Source: Chloroflexota bacterium
GTDB lineage: Bacteria; Chloroflexota; Anaerolineae; Anaerolineales; UBA4823
Length of the DNA: 37,606 bases
Direction: 5' to 3'
Assembly: GCA_030669775.1 (NCBI GenBank)
Contig: DAOVCZ010000001.1
Location: forward strand, 1 to 37,606
The translations under genes and the position numbers were made by a program. Positions 1-9,526 of the stretch are shown piece after piece. Positions within the stretch are counted from its first letter, which is position 1. Every line of letters begins with the position of its first letter. The notes beneath the pieces are model-generated. The model was not told the DNA's origin. It did no database searches and was given only the letters and a program-made list of their open reading frames with translations.

Positions 1-1140
1 GGGGAGATCATCTGGATGGATTAACTGGACATGTTCGATCCGGTGCCGTAATTTGCGAGGTTCTCTGTTTCTATCTAAGATGATTGAGTGTTGACGTTCG
101 TATTCCCTGAGCTGTGAAAACGCCTGCAGGACTTCATGAATAGCAGAATCTCCAATTGCATGCACAGCCAGGCTTAATCCATTTTTAACAGCTAGGCGAC
201 CCTGTTCGAATAAGTTTTCAGCATCCAACATGAGCAGCCCACGATTCTCTGGTTGGCCCTCGTAAGGCTGGAGCATAGCTGCGGTGCGGGGACCTAGGGC
301 ACCATCCGCAAAGGCTTTGATTGAGCCAATTCGCAGCACATCATCCCCAAAACCAGTTTGTAATCCAAGATCAATTGCATAAGAGAGCGACTCAATCGGA
401 ATGCTTTTAGTTACACGTAATTTCAATCTTCCAGCAGCATGGAGCTGTTGGAGAGCGATGAAGCAGGTTCGTCGATCAAAATCGTGCACCCCGGTAAGTC
501 CCATTTCCCAAAGCTTGGTCTGGGCGTAGTTGATGGCTTTCGCCACTTGTTCAGGTGAGGACTCAGGGATGATGTCCGAAACTAAAGACATAGCAGTTTC
601 GAACAAGATACCGGTTGGTGAACCGTCTGTGTAGCGTTGAATGCGACCCCCAGGAGGGTCTGGAGTTTGCGCTGATACCCCCGCCTGGCGGAGAGCTGCT
701 GAGTTAACCCAGGCTGCATGCAAGGATTTTACGGTCAGATAGATAGGGTGCTGAGTTGTGATTTTGTCTAAATGCCCAGTATTGCCAAAGTCATCTGGCC
801 ATTGATTTTGATTCCAACCATGACCCAGGATCCACTCACCGGATGGAGTAGTTTCTACTCGCGCAGCCACGTTATTAAGGCACTCCTCCCGGGTACTTGT
901 TTCACAATCCACACGCTGTAAGCTCAGAGAGTACTGTTGTAGATGGATATGCGCGTCAGTCAAACCGGGGATAACAGTTCGTCCTCCCAGATCAACGCGT
1001 TTGATAGAGCTATTATATTGAGAGAGGATGGAGCGTTGGTCACCAATAGCCTGGATGTGCCCGTGGTCGATTACAATCGCTGAGGCTGAGGGGAGCACGG
1101 TATCCAATGTGTTTATCCGGGCGTTGTATAAGATACGCAT
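1..1140 (-). CDS. Metal-dependent amidohydrolase (YtcJ-like, amidohydrolase_3 family); C-terminus runs off the window
   Basis: Not in the ORF track because it is open at the window edge. Hand translation from ATG (1140..1138): MRILYNARINTLDT..VIDHGHIQAIGD..GRTVIPGLTDAHIHL..GHGWNQNQW..AFADGALG..LAVHAIGD..RIEHVQLI. The DAHxH, HAIGD and IEH motifs are typical of this family. The frame stays open to base 1. Confidence 0.7.
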   Translation of the reverse strand, partial: MRILYNARINTLDTVLPSASAIVIDHGHIQAIGDQRSILSQYNSSIKRVDLGGRTVIPGLTDAHIHLQQYSLSLQRVDCETSTREECLNNVAARVETTPSGEWILGHGWNQNQWPDDFGNTGHLDKITTQHPIYLTVKSLHAAWVNSAALRQAGVSAQTPDPPGGRIQRYTDGSPTGILFETAMSLVSDIIPESSPEQVAKAINYAQTKLWEMGLTGVHDFDRRTCFIALQQLHAAGRLKLRVTKSIPIESLSYAIDLGLQTGFGDDVLRIGSIKAFADGALGPRTAAMLQPYEGQPENRGLLMLDAENLFEQGRLAVKNGLSLAVHAIGDSAIHEVLQAFSQLREYERQHSIILDRNREPRKLRHRIEHVQLIHPDDLP

Positions 1141-1228
1141 GCAGGTTATGCCTCTTTTAGAAAATGAATTCCGATAGAGATTTAAAAATTATCATAAATT
1201 GTTGGGTATCAAAAATGGAGAATTATGC

Positions 1229-2080
1229 CTAATCCCTCATAATCAGATCTAATATTGTATTGAGCTCTTCCGCTGAGTAATAATGGATTGTTAGCGTCCC
1301 ACCCTTACTTCTCTGATTGAGGGTTACCCGTGTACCCAGATGTTGTCTGAGCTGCTCTTCTAGTGCTTTAATTTCTGGATCAGGCGGCGGCGATTGTCTT
1401 TGAGGTTTTTCTCCACCTAACTTACGAACCAATTCCTCAGTTTGGCGAACATTCATGTCATATTTGAGGATAGATTTAAGCGCCGCACTTTGCGCTTCTG
1501 GTGTTGGAAGTGCCAGAAGGGCGCGTGCATGTCCTTCAGTGATATTTCCTTCAGCAAGCGATTCCTTAACATCATCTGGCAGCTTTAGCAGACGTAGTGT
1601 GTTTGTGATGGTGACGCGATTCTTCCCTACCCGAGCGGCGATCAGTTCGTGAGATAGATTAAAATCCTCGGTCAACTGGCGATAGGCTTCGGCAGTCTCC
1701 AGTGGACCTAAATCAGCACGTTGGACATTTTCAACCAGTGCCAGTTCTACCAATTCCTGATCAGAGGCTTCCCGGATTATGACCGGGACTTCCTCTAGCT
1801 CAATTAATTGAGCTGCCAAGAGTCGTCTTTCACCCACAATCAAGGTGTACTGTCCCGCAGCTTCACCCTGGGTGACAATCAGGGGTTGAATGACACCATG
1901 CTCGCGGATGGATATCGCCAGCTCATCGAGCTCATCAGAGTCAAAATTGATACGTGGTTGTCTTGGGTTTGGAATGATGTTGGCAGTTGGAATATGCGTG
2001 ATTCCACTCTCAGGGAGTTGACTTTCTGCTGTTGGGAGGAGCGCATCTAAGCCTTTACCGAGTCCAGATTTTTTTGTCAT
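1229..2080 (-). CDS. parB: Chromosome partitioning protein ParB/Spo0J
   Basis: 283 aa with the ParB box IVGERRLLAAQL and an HTH region, located directly downstream of parA. Confidence 0.9.
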   Translation of the reverse strand: MTKKSGLGKGLDALLPTAESQLPESGITHIPTANIIPNPRQPRINFDSDELDELAISIREHGVIQPLIVTQGEAAGQYTLIVGERRLLAAQLIELEEVPVIIREASDQELVELALVENVQRADLGPLETAEAYRQLTEDFNLSHELIAARVGKNRVTITNTLRLLKLPDDVKESLAEGNITEGHARALLALPTPEAQSAALKSILKYDMNVRQTEELVRKLGGEKPQRQSPPPDPEIKALEEQLRQHLGTRVTLNQRSKGGTLTIHYYSAEELNTILDLIMRD

Positions 2081-2111
2081 AGGATCTAATTAGAAAATAT
2101 GTAGTTGTTGA

Positions 2112-2903
2112 TTATTTTTCCAAGGCTGGTATCTTGATGCCATCGCCGATGAGTATCTCTCGGGCCAGGGCAGCATAGGCTTCTGCTCCGTTGGAGTTCG
2201 GCGCGTAGACCGAGATTGGTTGACCATAGGAGGGTGCTTCAGCCAGGCGGACGTTGCGTGGGATGACGACCTCGAATACAAGATCAGCGAAATGCTGGCG
2301 AACTTCATGGACCACATCGTTTGAAAGGTTGGTGCGACCATCAAACATGGTCAGGAGAACGCCTCGCACTGATAATTTCGAAAAAACGGCATTCTTGATC
2401 CGCTCCAAAGTCTGGTTCAGCTGACTGAGGCCTTCCAAGGGCAGGTACTCACACTGAACTGGGATAATCACTCCATCTTGAGCTGCGATGATCCCATTAA
2501 GAGTGAGCAAACCAAGTGAAGGAGGACAGTCAATCAGGATGTAGTCATAACGGTCGCGCAACGACTGCAAGGCATCGTTTAGAAAATTCTCGCGAGCTAA
2601 TTCTCCAACCAGCTCAACCTCTGCTCCGACGAGAGCTGGAGATGAAGGTAACAGAGAAATCTTCAAACGCGGGTTGTGAAGAACGTGATTGGCAGCAGAG
2701 GAATTCCCAATCAGGGACTCATAAGTTCCGCCTCGTACGGTTTGTTTATCAACTCCTAAACAAGAGGTGGCATTGGCCTGTGGATCAAGATCTACCAGCA
2801 GAACACGCTGACCATAATAAGCCAGGTATGCTCCCAGATTAATGACGGTAGTGGTTTTTCCCACGCCACCTTTTTGGTTGACCAAGGTGTAAGTTCGCCC
2901 CAT
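2112..2903 (-). CDS. parA: Chromosome partitioning ATPase ParA/Soj
   Basis: Deviant Walker A motif NQKGGVGKTT. I trimmed the start to the ATG at 2903 (MGRTYTLVNQKGG) because the longer ORF (to 3071) overlaps the upstream kinase gene, whose stop is at 2905. Confidence 0.9.
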   Translation of the reverse strand: MGRTYTLVNQKGGVGKTTTVINLGAYLAYYGQRVLLVDLDPQANATSCLGVDKQTVRGGTYESLIGNSSAANHVLHNPRLKISLLPSSPALVGAEVELVGELARENFLNDALQSLRDRYDYILIDCPPSLGLLTLNGIIAAQDGVIIPVQCEYLPLEGLSQLNQTLERIKNAVFSKLSVRGVLLTMFDGRTNLSNDVVHEVRQHFADLVFEVVIPRNVRLAEAPSYGQPISVYAPNSNGAEAYAALAREILIGDGIKIPALEK

Positions 2904-2904
2904 A

Positions 2905-3753
2905 TTACAGAACCTCGACCATGCAATCCTGGATTTCTTCTTGGGTGGGGATGCCCTGCAAACCTGAACGGGTGACTGAAATCGCGGCCAATTGGGTGGC
3001 AAAGCGTGCGGCTTCCCAGGGGTCACGTGTGGTGTACAAACGGAAAAAGAAAGCAGCCGCGAAGATATCACCGGCTCCTGTAGTGTCGAGTTCTATCACT
3101 GAAGGTGGTCTAAACCTGCGCACATCCCCACTCCAGAACAAACGTACACCATTGGATTGCTCAGTAACCGCCAACACCCGGCAGGCAGTTGCCATCTCTT
3201 CAATCCGTGCCTCGTCGTAACCTAAATCCTCCACGCTGATCACAGCTGCCCCAACATTGCTGAGCACAAATGCTGCTTCTGGCCACTCAGTCGGTACCAC
3301 ACGTCCTTTTTCGTCCCAGGTACGAAGCCAACCTTGAGGCGTGGTCCCGATCAATGAATTTGATAAATGACGGACCAGGGTCGGTTCCACTTCTTGGGCG
3401 ACAGGCCCCAAATGAACAATCGGCGCGGTAAGCCACAGCTCAGGGATCAGATTCAGATCAATCGTGTTGGCAACGTGAAATATGGTTTGAAGACGACCCT
3501 CTGGGGTGATTATGTTTTCGAAAGTTGTGCTGTGTTCTGATGGTAAATTGACAATGGGGATCCCGCTCAAAGGACCAAGAGACAAATCAGCACCCGATGA
3601 AGTGACAATACCTACTCGTAAACCAACGGCATGAGCCATTAGGCTGGAAAAGGTCGCTGTTCCACCGATACGCGGACCATCCGGTGTCTTATCGCGGGTA
3701 ATATGCCCGATCATTAAATAATCTATGGGTTCAATTGACATCTGGCGATACAT
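2905..3753 (-). CDS. PfkB-family carbohydrate/ribokinase-like kinase
   Basis: 282 aa carrying PfkB signature 2, LDTTGAGDIFAAAFF. Substrate unknown. Confidence 0.75.
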   Translation of the reverse strand: MYRQMSIEPIDYLMIGHITRDKTPDGPRIGGTATFSSLMAHAVGLRVGIVTSSGADLSLGPLSGIPIVNLPSEHSTTFENIITPEGRLQTIFHVANTIDLNLIPELWLTAPIVHLGPVAQEVEPTLVRHLSNSLIGTTPQGWLRTWDEKGRVVPTEWPEAAFVLSNVGAAVISVEDLGYDEARIEEMATACRVLAVTEQSNGVRLFWSGDVRRFRPPSVIELDTTGAGDIFAAAFFFRLYTTRDPWEAARFATQLAAISVTRSGLQGIPTQEEIQDCMVEVL

Positions 3754-3759
3754 GCTTGA

Positions 3760-3765
3760 ATTATA
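3760..3765 (-). promoter_or_regulatory. -10 box TATAAT placed 6 nt upstream of the pfkB-like ATG (leaderless-type promoter)
   Basis: The minus strand reads TATAAT-tcaagc-ATG. There is no Shine-Dalgarno sequence and no good -35. Confidence 0.45.
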
Positions 3766-3768
3766 CCT

Positions 3769-3810
3769 GAAGAAGAATTAAAGGATGCATGCGGGTAAAT
3801 CACGCATGCA
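3769..3810 (-). terminator. Intrinsic terminator after jag
   Basis: An 8-bp stem TGCATGCG/CGCATGCA (3786..3793 with 3803..3810) and a 9-nt loop, followed on the minus strand by TCCTTTAATTCTTCTTC. Confidence 0.6.
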
Positions 3811-3845
3811 CCGGGAATTTATTTTCTTTGAATTTTGAGGATGAA

Positions 3846-4625
3846 TTATTGAGGGATAATTGTCACCTTACGACGGGGATCTTCTCCAATACTTTCGGTG
3901 GTTACATCTTGATTTTCCCTTAACTCGATGTGAACGATCCTGCGCTCATTTGCGGGCATTGGTTCCAGGACTTGGCGCCGCCCAGTGCTAACTGCCTGGT
4001 CAGCCATGCGGCGGGCCAGCTGTCGCAATTGGTTCTCTCGCCTGGTCCGGTAACCCTCCACATCAACGATTAATAAGATGGACCTGCCGATCTCTTTGTT
4101 GATGATCAAACTGGAAATGTACTGCAGGGCATTCAGGGTCTCCGCCTGGCGACCGATCAAGTAGCTCAGGTCATCTCCATGAACGTTTACCCGCACAGGG
4201 ACTCGACTACGGGCATCTGATGCAGGGAGATATTCAGATGTCACCGTGGCGCGTACTTTCATCTTCTCCAGCAGCTCGCTGACAACATCCCGGGCGATAT
4301 CGAGCACGTAATCATCCCCCAGAAAAGGTGGTTCTTCATCAAGATCCTGTTTATCTTCCTCAATCATTGGTTCGGGAACCAGGGTTTCCTGTGTTTTTGT
4401 TGATTCAGCTTCTGGGATTGCTACCTCTGATTCATCATGTGCGGATTTAATCGTCAAACGGACGCGCGCCTGGCGATTGCCTAAGCCGAAAAAACCTTTT
4501 CCGCCTTCATCGAGGATCTCAATATCTACAGATTCGCGAGCTAAACCAAGATCGTTCAGTCCTTTTTCGATGGCTTCTTCTACTGTCGGTGCAATAATCT
4601 CTAAATTCGTACGTTTGTCATTCAT
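3846..4625 (-). CDS. jag: Jag/KhpB RNA-binding protein (Jag_N, KH, R3H)
   Basis: Conserved position downstream of yidC, with an R3H-like C-terminus. The start is trimmed to the ATG at 4625 (MNDKRTNLEII), since the longer ORF overlaps yidC. Confidence 0.8.
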   Translation of the reverse strand: MNDKRTNLEIIAPTVEEAIEKGLNDLGLARESVDIEILDEGGKGFFGLGNRQARVRLTIKSAHDESEVAIPEAESTKTQETLVPEPMIEEDKQDLDEEPPFLGDDYVLDIARDVVSELLEKMKVRATVTSEYLPASDARSRVPVRVNVHGDDLSYLIGRQAETLNALQYISSLIINKEIGRSILLIVDVEGYRTRRENQLRQLARRMADQAVSTGRRQVLEPMPANERRIVHIELRENQDVTTESIGEDPRRKVTIIPQ

Positions 4626-4635
4626 ATTTGGTTTT

Positions 4636-5436
4636 TCATTTTGAAGTCTTAGATCCAGAAGAAAATCTTTCAGGCAAGAGGTTTCTCCAATCAAGCTTGC
4701 CCATAATTCCGTATTGGAGTATACCAACCAGGTTGCTGGTGACAAAATAAAGCGCCAGACCAGAAGGGAAACTGTAAGCCAGATAACCCATGAAGAGCGG
4801 CATATAGAGGTTCATCATTCGGCCCATATTCGCCCCCTGATCACCCGTTGTGGATGGTGGTGTCATCAACCTGGATTGCAGGAATGTGGTTGCCATGACC
4901 AGGACGGCTAAAATCGGGATGGTGAAGCCTGCAATTGCAATGCCATAATCTTTTTCTGGCAGGCTCAAGTCCAACCATAAGAAATAATTGTTGAGCGGGA
5001 TCAGCGCCGCTGCATTATAAAAGGGATAAATGTGCCGGGTGAGTTCAAGCAGCTGGATTGGGGTCACGGCCAAAGCTCGTATAATGGCTTGATAAAGGCC
5101 GATGATGACCGGAAACTGAATCACAGTCGGAAGACAAGAGCCAAATGGACTGACACCCATTTCCTTGTAAAGATCCATCTGCTCTTTTGCTAGTTTCTCT
5201 CGATCGCCTTTATGTTTCTTTTGAATATCCTGCCACTTCTTAGATTTCTGCATTTCCTGCATAGATTTAGTGCTCTTAATCTGCGAAGCGGTTAACGGGT
5301 AGGTGATCAATCGCACCAGGATCGTAAAAACAATGATCGCCAAGCCAAAATTTTGCGCCAGGCCGCTATAAATCCACATCAGTGAATTTATCATTGGGTT
5401 AAGAATTATAGTGCTCCAAATAGCTCCAATATCCAT
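4636..5436 (-). CDS. yidC: Membrane protein insertase YidC (short, Gram-positive/OxaA-like form)
   Basis: 266 aa, multi-TM, with a basic C-tail, in conserved synteny with rnpA/yidD/jag. Confidence 0.85.
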   Translation of the reverse strand: MDIGAIWSTIILNPMINSLMWIYSGLAQNFGLAIIVFTILVRLITYPLTASQIKSTKSMQEMQKSKKWQDIQKKHKGDREKLAKEQMDLYKEMGVSPFGSCLPTVIQFPVIIGLYQAIIRALAVTPIQLLELTRHIYPFYNAAALIPLNNYFLWLDLSLPEKDYGIAIAGFTIPILAVLVMATTFLQSRLMTPPSTTGDQGANMGRMMNLYMPLFMGYLAYSFPSGLALYFVTSNLVGILQYGIMGKLDWRNLLPERFSSGSKTSK

Positions 5437-5471
5437 AAGCTAAACCTTCTCAATCTCCAAAAGGCATATTA

Positions 5472-6581
5472 TTATTCTGCGGGGATGAACGACCACTGTC
5501 TCACTCCGTCTTGATTTACCGCGACTAAGAGTTCGTCGATTTGAATGGGCGTCACCAGAATTAGATCATTTGCCGCTTTTGGAGAGGTATATATTTTTCC
5601 TCCAATGGTTTGAGACCATTGAATCCTTCCTGCGGTGTCGAGTTTGAATAGGATGCCAGCTTCTGTGGTGATGTAGATACTATCCTCGATCACCAGTGGA
5701 GATCCAACAATTTCTCCATCTAATTGTTCAGGTGGCAGCTGCCATATCTGGGAGCCATTATCCGCATCAACGGCATAAAAATATCCATCCAAATCACCGA
5801 AGTACGCCACACCATTGGATAAGGTAGGCCCAGACCAAATCCAACCGTCATCTGCGGTGGAAAATTCCCAGATTATCGATCCATCCTCCGCTTTTAGTGC
5901 GAACAACTTTCCACCGAATGTCCCCACATATAGTACACCATCCTTATTGTAGGCGGGTGTCCCAACAATAGCGCCACCCAGCTTTGGTGAACGCCATTTT
6001 TGTGTTCCATTTTGGGGATCGATGGCGTACACAGTATGGTCCATAGTCGGGAGGAAAAGGCATTTACAGTTATCATCTATGATTGGCTGGGCCCAGGATT
6101 CTCCTTCTGATGAAAAGGTCCACTGAAGACGACCATTCAAATCTAACGAGTAGAGGTTTTCATCCGCTGCGGGAGCGAATATATTCTCTTCCTGGATCAG
6201 AGAGCTGGCGATATAACGATTTTCAGCATCCGAAAAAACCCAATTCTGGGTCCCGGTCTCCGCGTTAAGGCTATATAAGGCATAATCGTATCCACCCACG
6301 ATAAGCTGCCCGTCTTGGCTCAAAGAGGGATCGGCATAGAAGGTGATCTTGTTGTCTGGTTCTGCGGGATAGCGCCAACGTTCAGAGCCATTGATCAAAT
6401 CAACAGCATACACCTGTGTGTTATAGGCGACGTATGCGTATTGATCATCAACAGTGAGGCCTGGCCAGCTGGTCGCCGTGGTCACGCCACCTGCGCATGC
6501 GCTGAGTGTCACTGCGATGCCTATGAAAACGAGGATGAATAAGTAGTGTTTGTGTTTCATTCTTTGTTGTTTATTGTCCAA
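5472..6581 (-). CDS. PQQ-like (BamB/YfgL-type) beta-propeller repeat lipoprotein
   Basis: 369 aa. It has a signal peptide with lipobox LSAC, and repeated ..Y.......G...W.. blades (YAVDLINGSERWRY, YSLNAETGTQNWVF, YAIDPQNGTQKWRS, FALKAEDGSIIWEF, YAVDADNGSQIWQL). Confidence 0.75.
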   Translation of the reverse strand: MDNKQQRMKHKHYLFILVFIGIAVTLSACAGGVTTATSWPGLTVDDQYAYVAYNTQVYAVDLINGSERWRYPAEPDNKITFYADPSLSQDGQLIVGGYDYALYSLNAETGTQNWVFSDAENRYIASSLIQEENIFAPAADENLYSLDLNGRLQWTFSSEGESWAQPIIDDNCKCLFLPTMDHTVYAIDPQNGTQKWRSPKLGGAIVGTPAYNKDGVLYVGTFGGKLFALKAEDGSIIWEFSTADDGWIWSGPTLSNGVAYFGDLDGYFYAVDADNGSQIWQLPPEQLDGEIVGSPLVIEDSIYITTEAGILFKLDTAGRIQWSQTIGGKIYTSPKAANDLILVTPIQIDELLVAVNQDGVRQWSFIPAE

Positions 6582-6596
6582 TAGATAAATTGCGAA

Positions 6597-6896
6597 TCAT
6601 GGGATTGGATCGTACCCGCCTGGATTGAATGGATTACAGCGGAGGACACGCCAGATAGCCAGTAAACTGCCTTTAATCGCCCCGTGCTTATATATTGCCT
6701 GGTATCCATAGTGTGAGCAGGAAGGGTAAAAACGGCAGGAGTTTGCGGGTAAACCACGCGAAAGGGTTTTCTGGTATGTGCGGATTAACGTTAATAGAAT
6801 CAGGCGTGGAATGTACATCAGCCCTAACGGCAAATCGCGCAATCTTGCTTCATTAGGGTAATCGTGATCGTGATCGAAATGAAGTTCACTCGTCAT
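6597..6896 (-). CDS. yidD: Membrane protein insertion efficiency factor YidD
   Basis: Motif [19 protein letters not shown]......RVLRCNP. There is a 4-nt ATGA overlap with rnpA. The His/Asp-rich N-terminal extension means the start is uncertain. Confidence 0.85.
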   Translation of the reverse strand: MTSELHFDHDHDYPNEARLRDLPLGLMYIPRLILLTLIRTYQKTLSRGLPANSCRFYPSCSHYGYQAIYKHGAIKGSLLAIWRVLRCNPFNPGGYDPIP

Positions 6897-7237
6897 GGGG
6901 TATTTTCCAATAAGTTCGCCCGGGAAAGCAATGTCTTGATAGCAGCTTCGATTTCAGGATATGCCGCTGTAGTTATAGGTTTTCGAGCCAGGAGTACGAT
7001 ATCCCATCCGGAGGTAATGCTTGGGATTAGAGGACGCAATGTCTCCCTTAAGATACGCTTTGCCCTGTTGCGCTGGACAGCTTTCCCAATAGAACGTCCA
7101 GCCGCGACGGCGAATCGTGAATTATCCACCTCATTTGGAAGGGCAATCAACACGATAAACGGGTGGGCATAAGACTTTCCTAATCGCCGCACCCGCTCGA
7201 AATCTGTTGAACTTGTCAGGCGAAACCTGCGCTTCAA
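6893..7237 (-). CDS. rnpA: Ribonuclease P protein component
   Basis: 114 aa, basic, with the RNR-like motif [14 protein letters not shown], sited between rpmH and yidD. Confidence 0.85.
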   Translation of the reverse strand: MKRRFRLTSSTDFERVRRLGKSYAHPFIVLIALPNEVDNSRFAVAAGRSIGKAVQRNRAKRILRETLRPLIPSITSGWDIVLLARKPITTAAYPEIEAAIKTLLSRANLLENTP

Positions 7238-7264
7238 CGAATTGCCTTCGAGCGATCCCTAACT

Positions 7265-7441
7265 TTAGCTTTTCCAATTTGTTTTCTTAACGTGGTTATT
7301 CTTCCTGACTGATAACCGGGAGCGCCCTTTGAGTCGCCGATTTTTTATGACTTTTCTTCCACCGGAAGTCGCCATTCGGGATCGAAAACCATGCACACGT
7401 AAGCGACGACGTATCTTGGGTTGATAGGTTCGTTTTGGCAT
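7265..7441 (-). CDS. rpmH: 50S ribosomal protein L34
   Basis: Absent from the ORF track (58 aa). Hand translation: [58 protein letters not shown]. The SD AGGAAAG lies upstream. Confidence 0.9.
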   Translation of the reverse strand: MPKRTYQPKIRRRLRVHGFRSRMATSGGRKVIKNRRLKGRSRLSVRKNNHVKKTNWKS

Positions 7442-7695
7442 CACACTTTCCTGTTTTGTTTGATAAACCCACCTTGCTGGAGGTTAGAGATTTTATTCTG
7501 AAACGTCCGGGAAGAGGGGCTATTAGTTTGCAGACGAAAAATGATTATACACGATGCAGATGGTTTGGTCAAATTTGTTTTGTGCTCTCGGTCACAATTT
7601 ATCTCCATCTCTGGTTTGGAATATTGCGCTGAATTGAATGATGAGTGTCGTGGAAAATACAACTTGAAGTTTCTAGAAGAGTTTGGGGGTCTTTC

Positions 7696-8799
7696 CTATC
7701 GACTTTCGCCTAGCACTAAACTGACAGTTAACTGTTGTTCACCCCTGACCAGAGTAATGGAAACCTCTTCTCCAGGTTCGTGAGTAAATAAAGTATTGAT
7801 ATAAGTGTGGTCCTGGTCAAGGGCAATATCTCCAATTTTGGTGATAATGTCACCTTCCTTAATTCCGCTCACAGCAGCTGGACTTTCAGGGAAAACATCC
7901 GAAATATAAGTTCCCCATTGGACCGGTAAATTGTATGCCCGGGCTACACGTGGGGTGATAGACTGCCAACGGATACCCAAATGCGGTCGGGCGAAATATC
8001 CTTTTTCAAGAATTTGTTCAGCGACAAACCTGGCGGTGTTGATTGGGATCGCAAATCCCAATCCTTCTGCGATAGTGTTGCTGAGCCTGCTGCCGCGTAC
8101 AACAAGGGTATTAATTCCGACCACTTCCCCTGCCAAATTGATTAATGGACCACCGGAGTTTCCCTGGTTTATCGCTGCATCGGTCTGGATCAGATCTTCC
8201 ATTAAAAAGCCATTACCTGTGTCTAACATCCGACCTGTAGCGCTGATCACCCCTACGGTCACAGTGTTTACAAAATCGCCCAATGGCGAACCGATGGTGA
8301 TCACAGTTTCTCCTGGTTTGAGGGTATCGGAATTACCCAAAACTGCCACAGCTGGAAATTCTCCTTGTGCTTGAAGGATCGCCAGATCTGCGTACATATC
8401 TGTACCGACGATATCAGCTGCTAATTCGGTGCCATCAGCACGAACCACTGCTACCCGGGAAGTATCTTCGACGACGTGGTTATTGGTCAAAATATAACCT
8501 TGTGATGAAATAACAAAGCCGCTGCCGCTGATCGGGCGACCGGATACCTCTCCGATCACAGTCACTACGGATGGACCAACTTTCTCAACAGCACGTGTAA
8601 TTGTTGATTCCGTAGTGGTAGAGGGAATATCGATGCTGACCTGTTGAGTAGGACTTGGTAGGATATCAACCGTTTGGGTTGGTTCTGCTGATTGCAGGTA
8701 CGAGATAACAAACACGCCCCCAGCGACGGTGCCGATGAGGGCGGAAATGCCAGCAATGATCCCCAGAATCAAAATGTAAAGAAATGTTCTTGTGGACAT
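7696..8799 (-). CDS. HtrA/DegP-family trypsin-like serine protease with N-terminal TM anchor and PDZ domain
   Basis: 367 aa with TNNHV, DLAIL and GNSGGPL catalytic-triad motifs and a C-terminal PDZ-like region. Confidence 0.85.
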   Translation of the reverse strand: MSTRTFLYILILGIIAGISALIGTVAGGVFVISYLQSAEPTQTVDILPSPTQQVSIDIPSTTTESTITRAVEKVGPSVVTVIGEVSGRPISGSGFVISSQGYILTNNHVVEDTSRVAVVRADGTELAADIVGTDMYADLAILQAQGEFPAVAVLGNSDTLKPGETVITIGSPLGDFVNTVTVGVISATGRMLDTGNGFLMEDLIQTDAAINQGNSGGPLINLAGEVVGINTLVVRGSRLSNTIAEGLGFAIPINTARFVAEQILEKGYFARPHLGIRWQSITPRVARAYNLPVQWGTYISDVFPESPAAVSGIKEGDIITKIGDIALDQDHTYINTLFTHEPGEEVSITLVRGEQQLTVSLVLGESR

Positions 8800-8808
8800 G
8801 TGCAGAAG

Positions 8809-9507
8809 TTACCGCCGGCGACCTCCCATGCCTCCCACCAGGCTGGTGAAGTACAGGAGCTGCATGATGGATGTCAGTAAAGCAGCGATATAGGTAAGTG
8901 CAGCCGCATTAAGCACTCTGTTTACGCCTTGCTGTTCATCTTGTCCAACTATGATCCCGGATTGTACCAGCAGCTTCTTAGCCCGGGCGGAAGCATTTAG
9001 CTCCACGGGTAATGTGGCCAAGGCGAACAATGCTCCGGCAGCGAAAACGATCACCCCTAACCAGGCCAGGCCAGTCCATTGCATGAAGATTCCTAAAATG
9101 ATGAACAACCAACCGAGAGTCGAACCGATATTCACAGCAGGGATCATGGCAGAACGCAATCGCAGAGGGAAATATCCTTCTTGATCTTGCATCGCATGAC
9201 CGAGCTCATGGGCGGCGATCGCAACGGCAGCGACAGAGCTTGTCTGGTAAACGCCTTGCGACAAGCGCAATACTTTACTGCGAGGGTCATAATGATCGGT
9301 CATTTTGCCGGATACTCCTTCCACCCTCACGTCATAAAGGCCGCCTGCGCGCATTAAGCGTTGAGCAGCTTCTGCCCCGGTTAAGTGACTTCGGTTGCGG
9401 ACCTTGCTCCATTTCTTATAAGTCGAGCTCACAAAATATTGAGCTGCCAGCATCACGAAGAATGCTGGAAGCATGTATACCAAATAATTTACGTCAAAAA
9501 ACAACAT
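8809..9507 (-). CDS. YugP-like membrane zinc metallopeptidase (Zn_peptidase_2)
   Basis: 232 aa with TDHYDP, the HELGHAMQ zinc motif and flanking TM helices. Confidence 0.75.
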   Translation of the reverse strand: MLFFDVNYLVYMLPAFFVMLAAQYFVSSTYKKWSKVRNRSHLTGAEAAQRLMRAGGLYDVRVEGVSGKMTDHYDPRSKVLRLSQGVYQTSSVAAVAIAAHELGHAMQDQEGYFPLRLRSAMIPAVNIGSTLGWLFIILGIFMQWTGLAWLGVIVFAAGALFALATLPVELNASARAKKLLVQSGIIVGQDEQQGVNRVLNAAALTYIAALLTSIMQLLYFTSLVGGMGGRRR

Positions 9508-9526
9508 TTATCCTCCTTTACCTCAA

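Noticed and set aside
898-913. parS-like half-site TGTTTCACAATCCACA, and ACGTGAAAT near 3473
   Set aside because: Only one half of the 16-bp palindrome matches in each case, and both lie inside coding regions.
2904-3071. Long N-terminal extension of the parA ORF, and similar extensions of jag (4626..4745), the HD protein (24106..24177) and the RR-ATPase (17611..17670)
   Set aside because: The extensions overlap the upstream genes or lack family similarity. Internal ATGs restore canonical N-termini and tidy ATGA or short-gap junctions.
7441-7783. Track ORFs in the rpmH upstream region (73 aa minus; 65 and 80 aa plus)
   Set aside because: They show no family resemblance and overlap each other. 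The region is better explained as the rpmH promoter and leader plus the htrA 3' flank.
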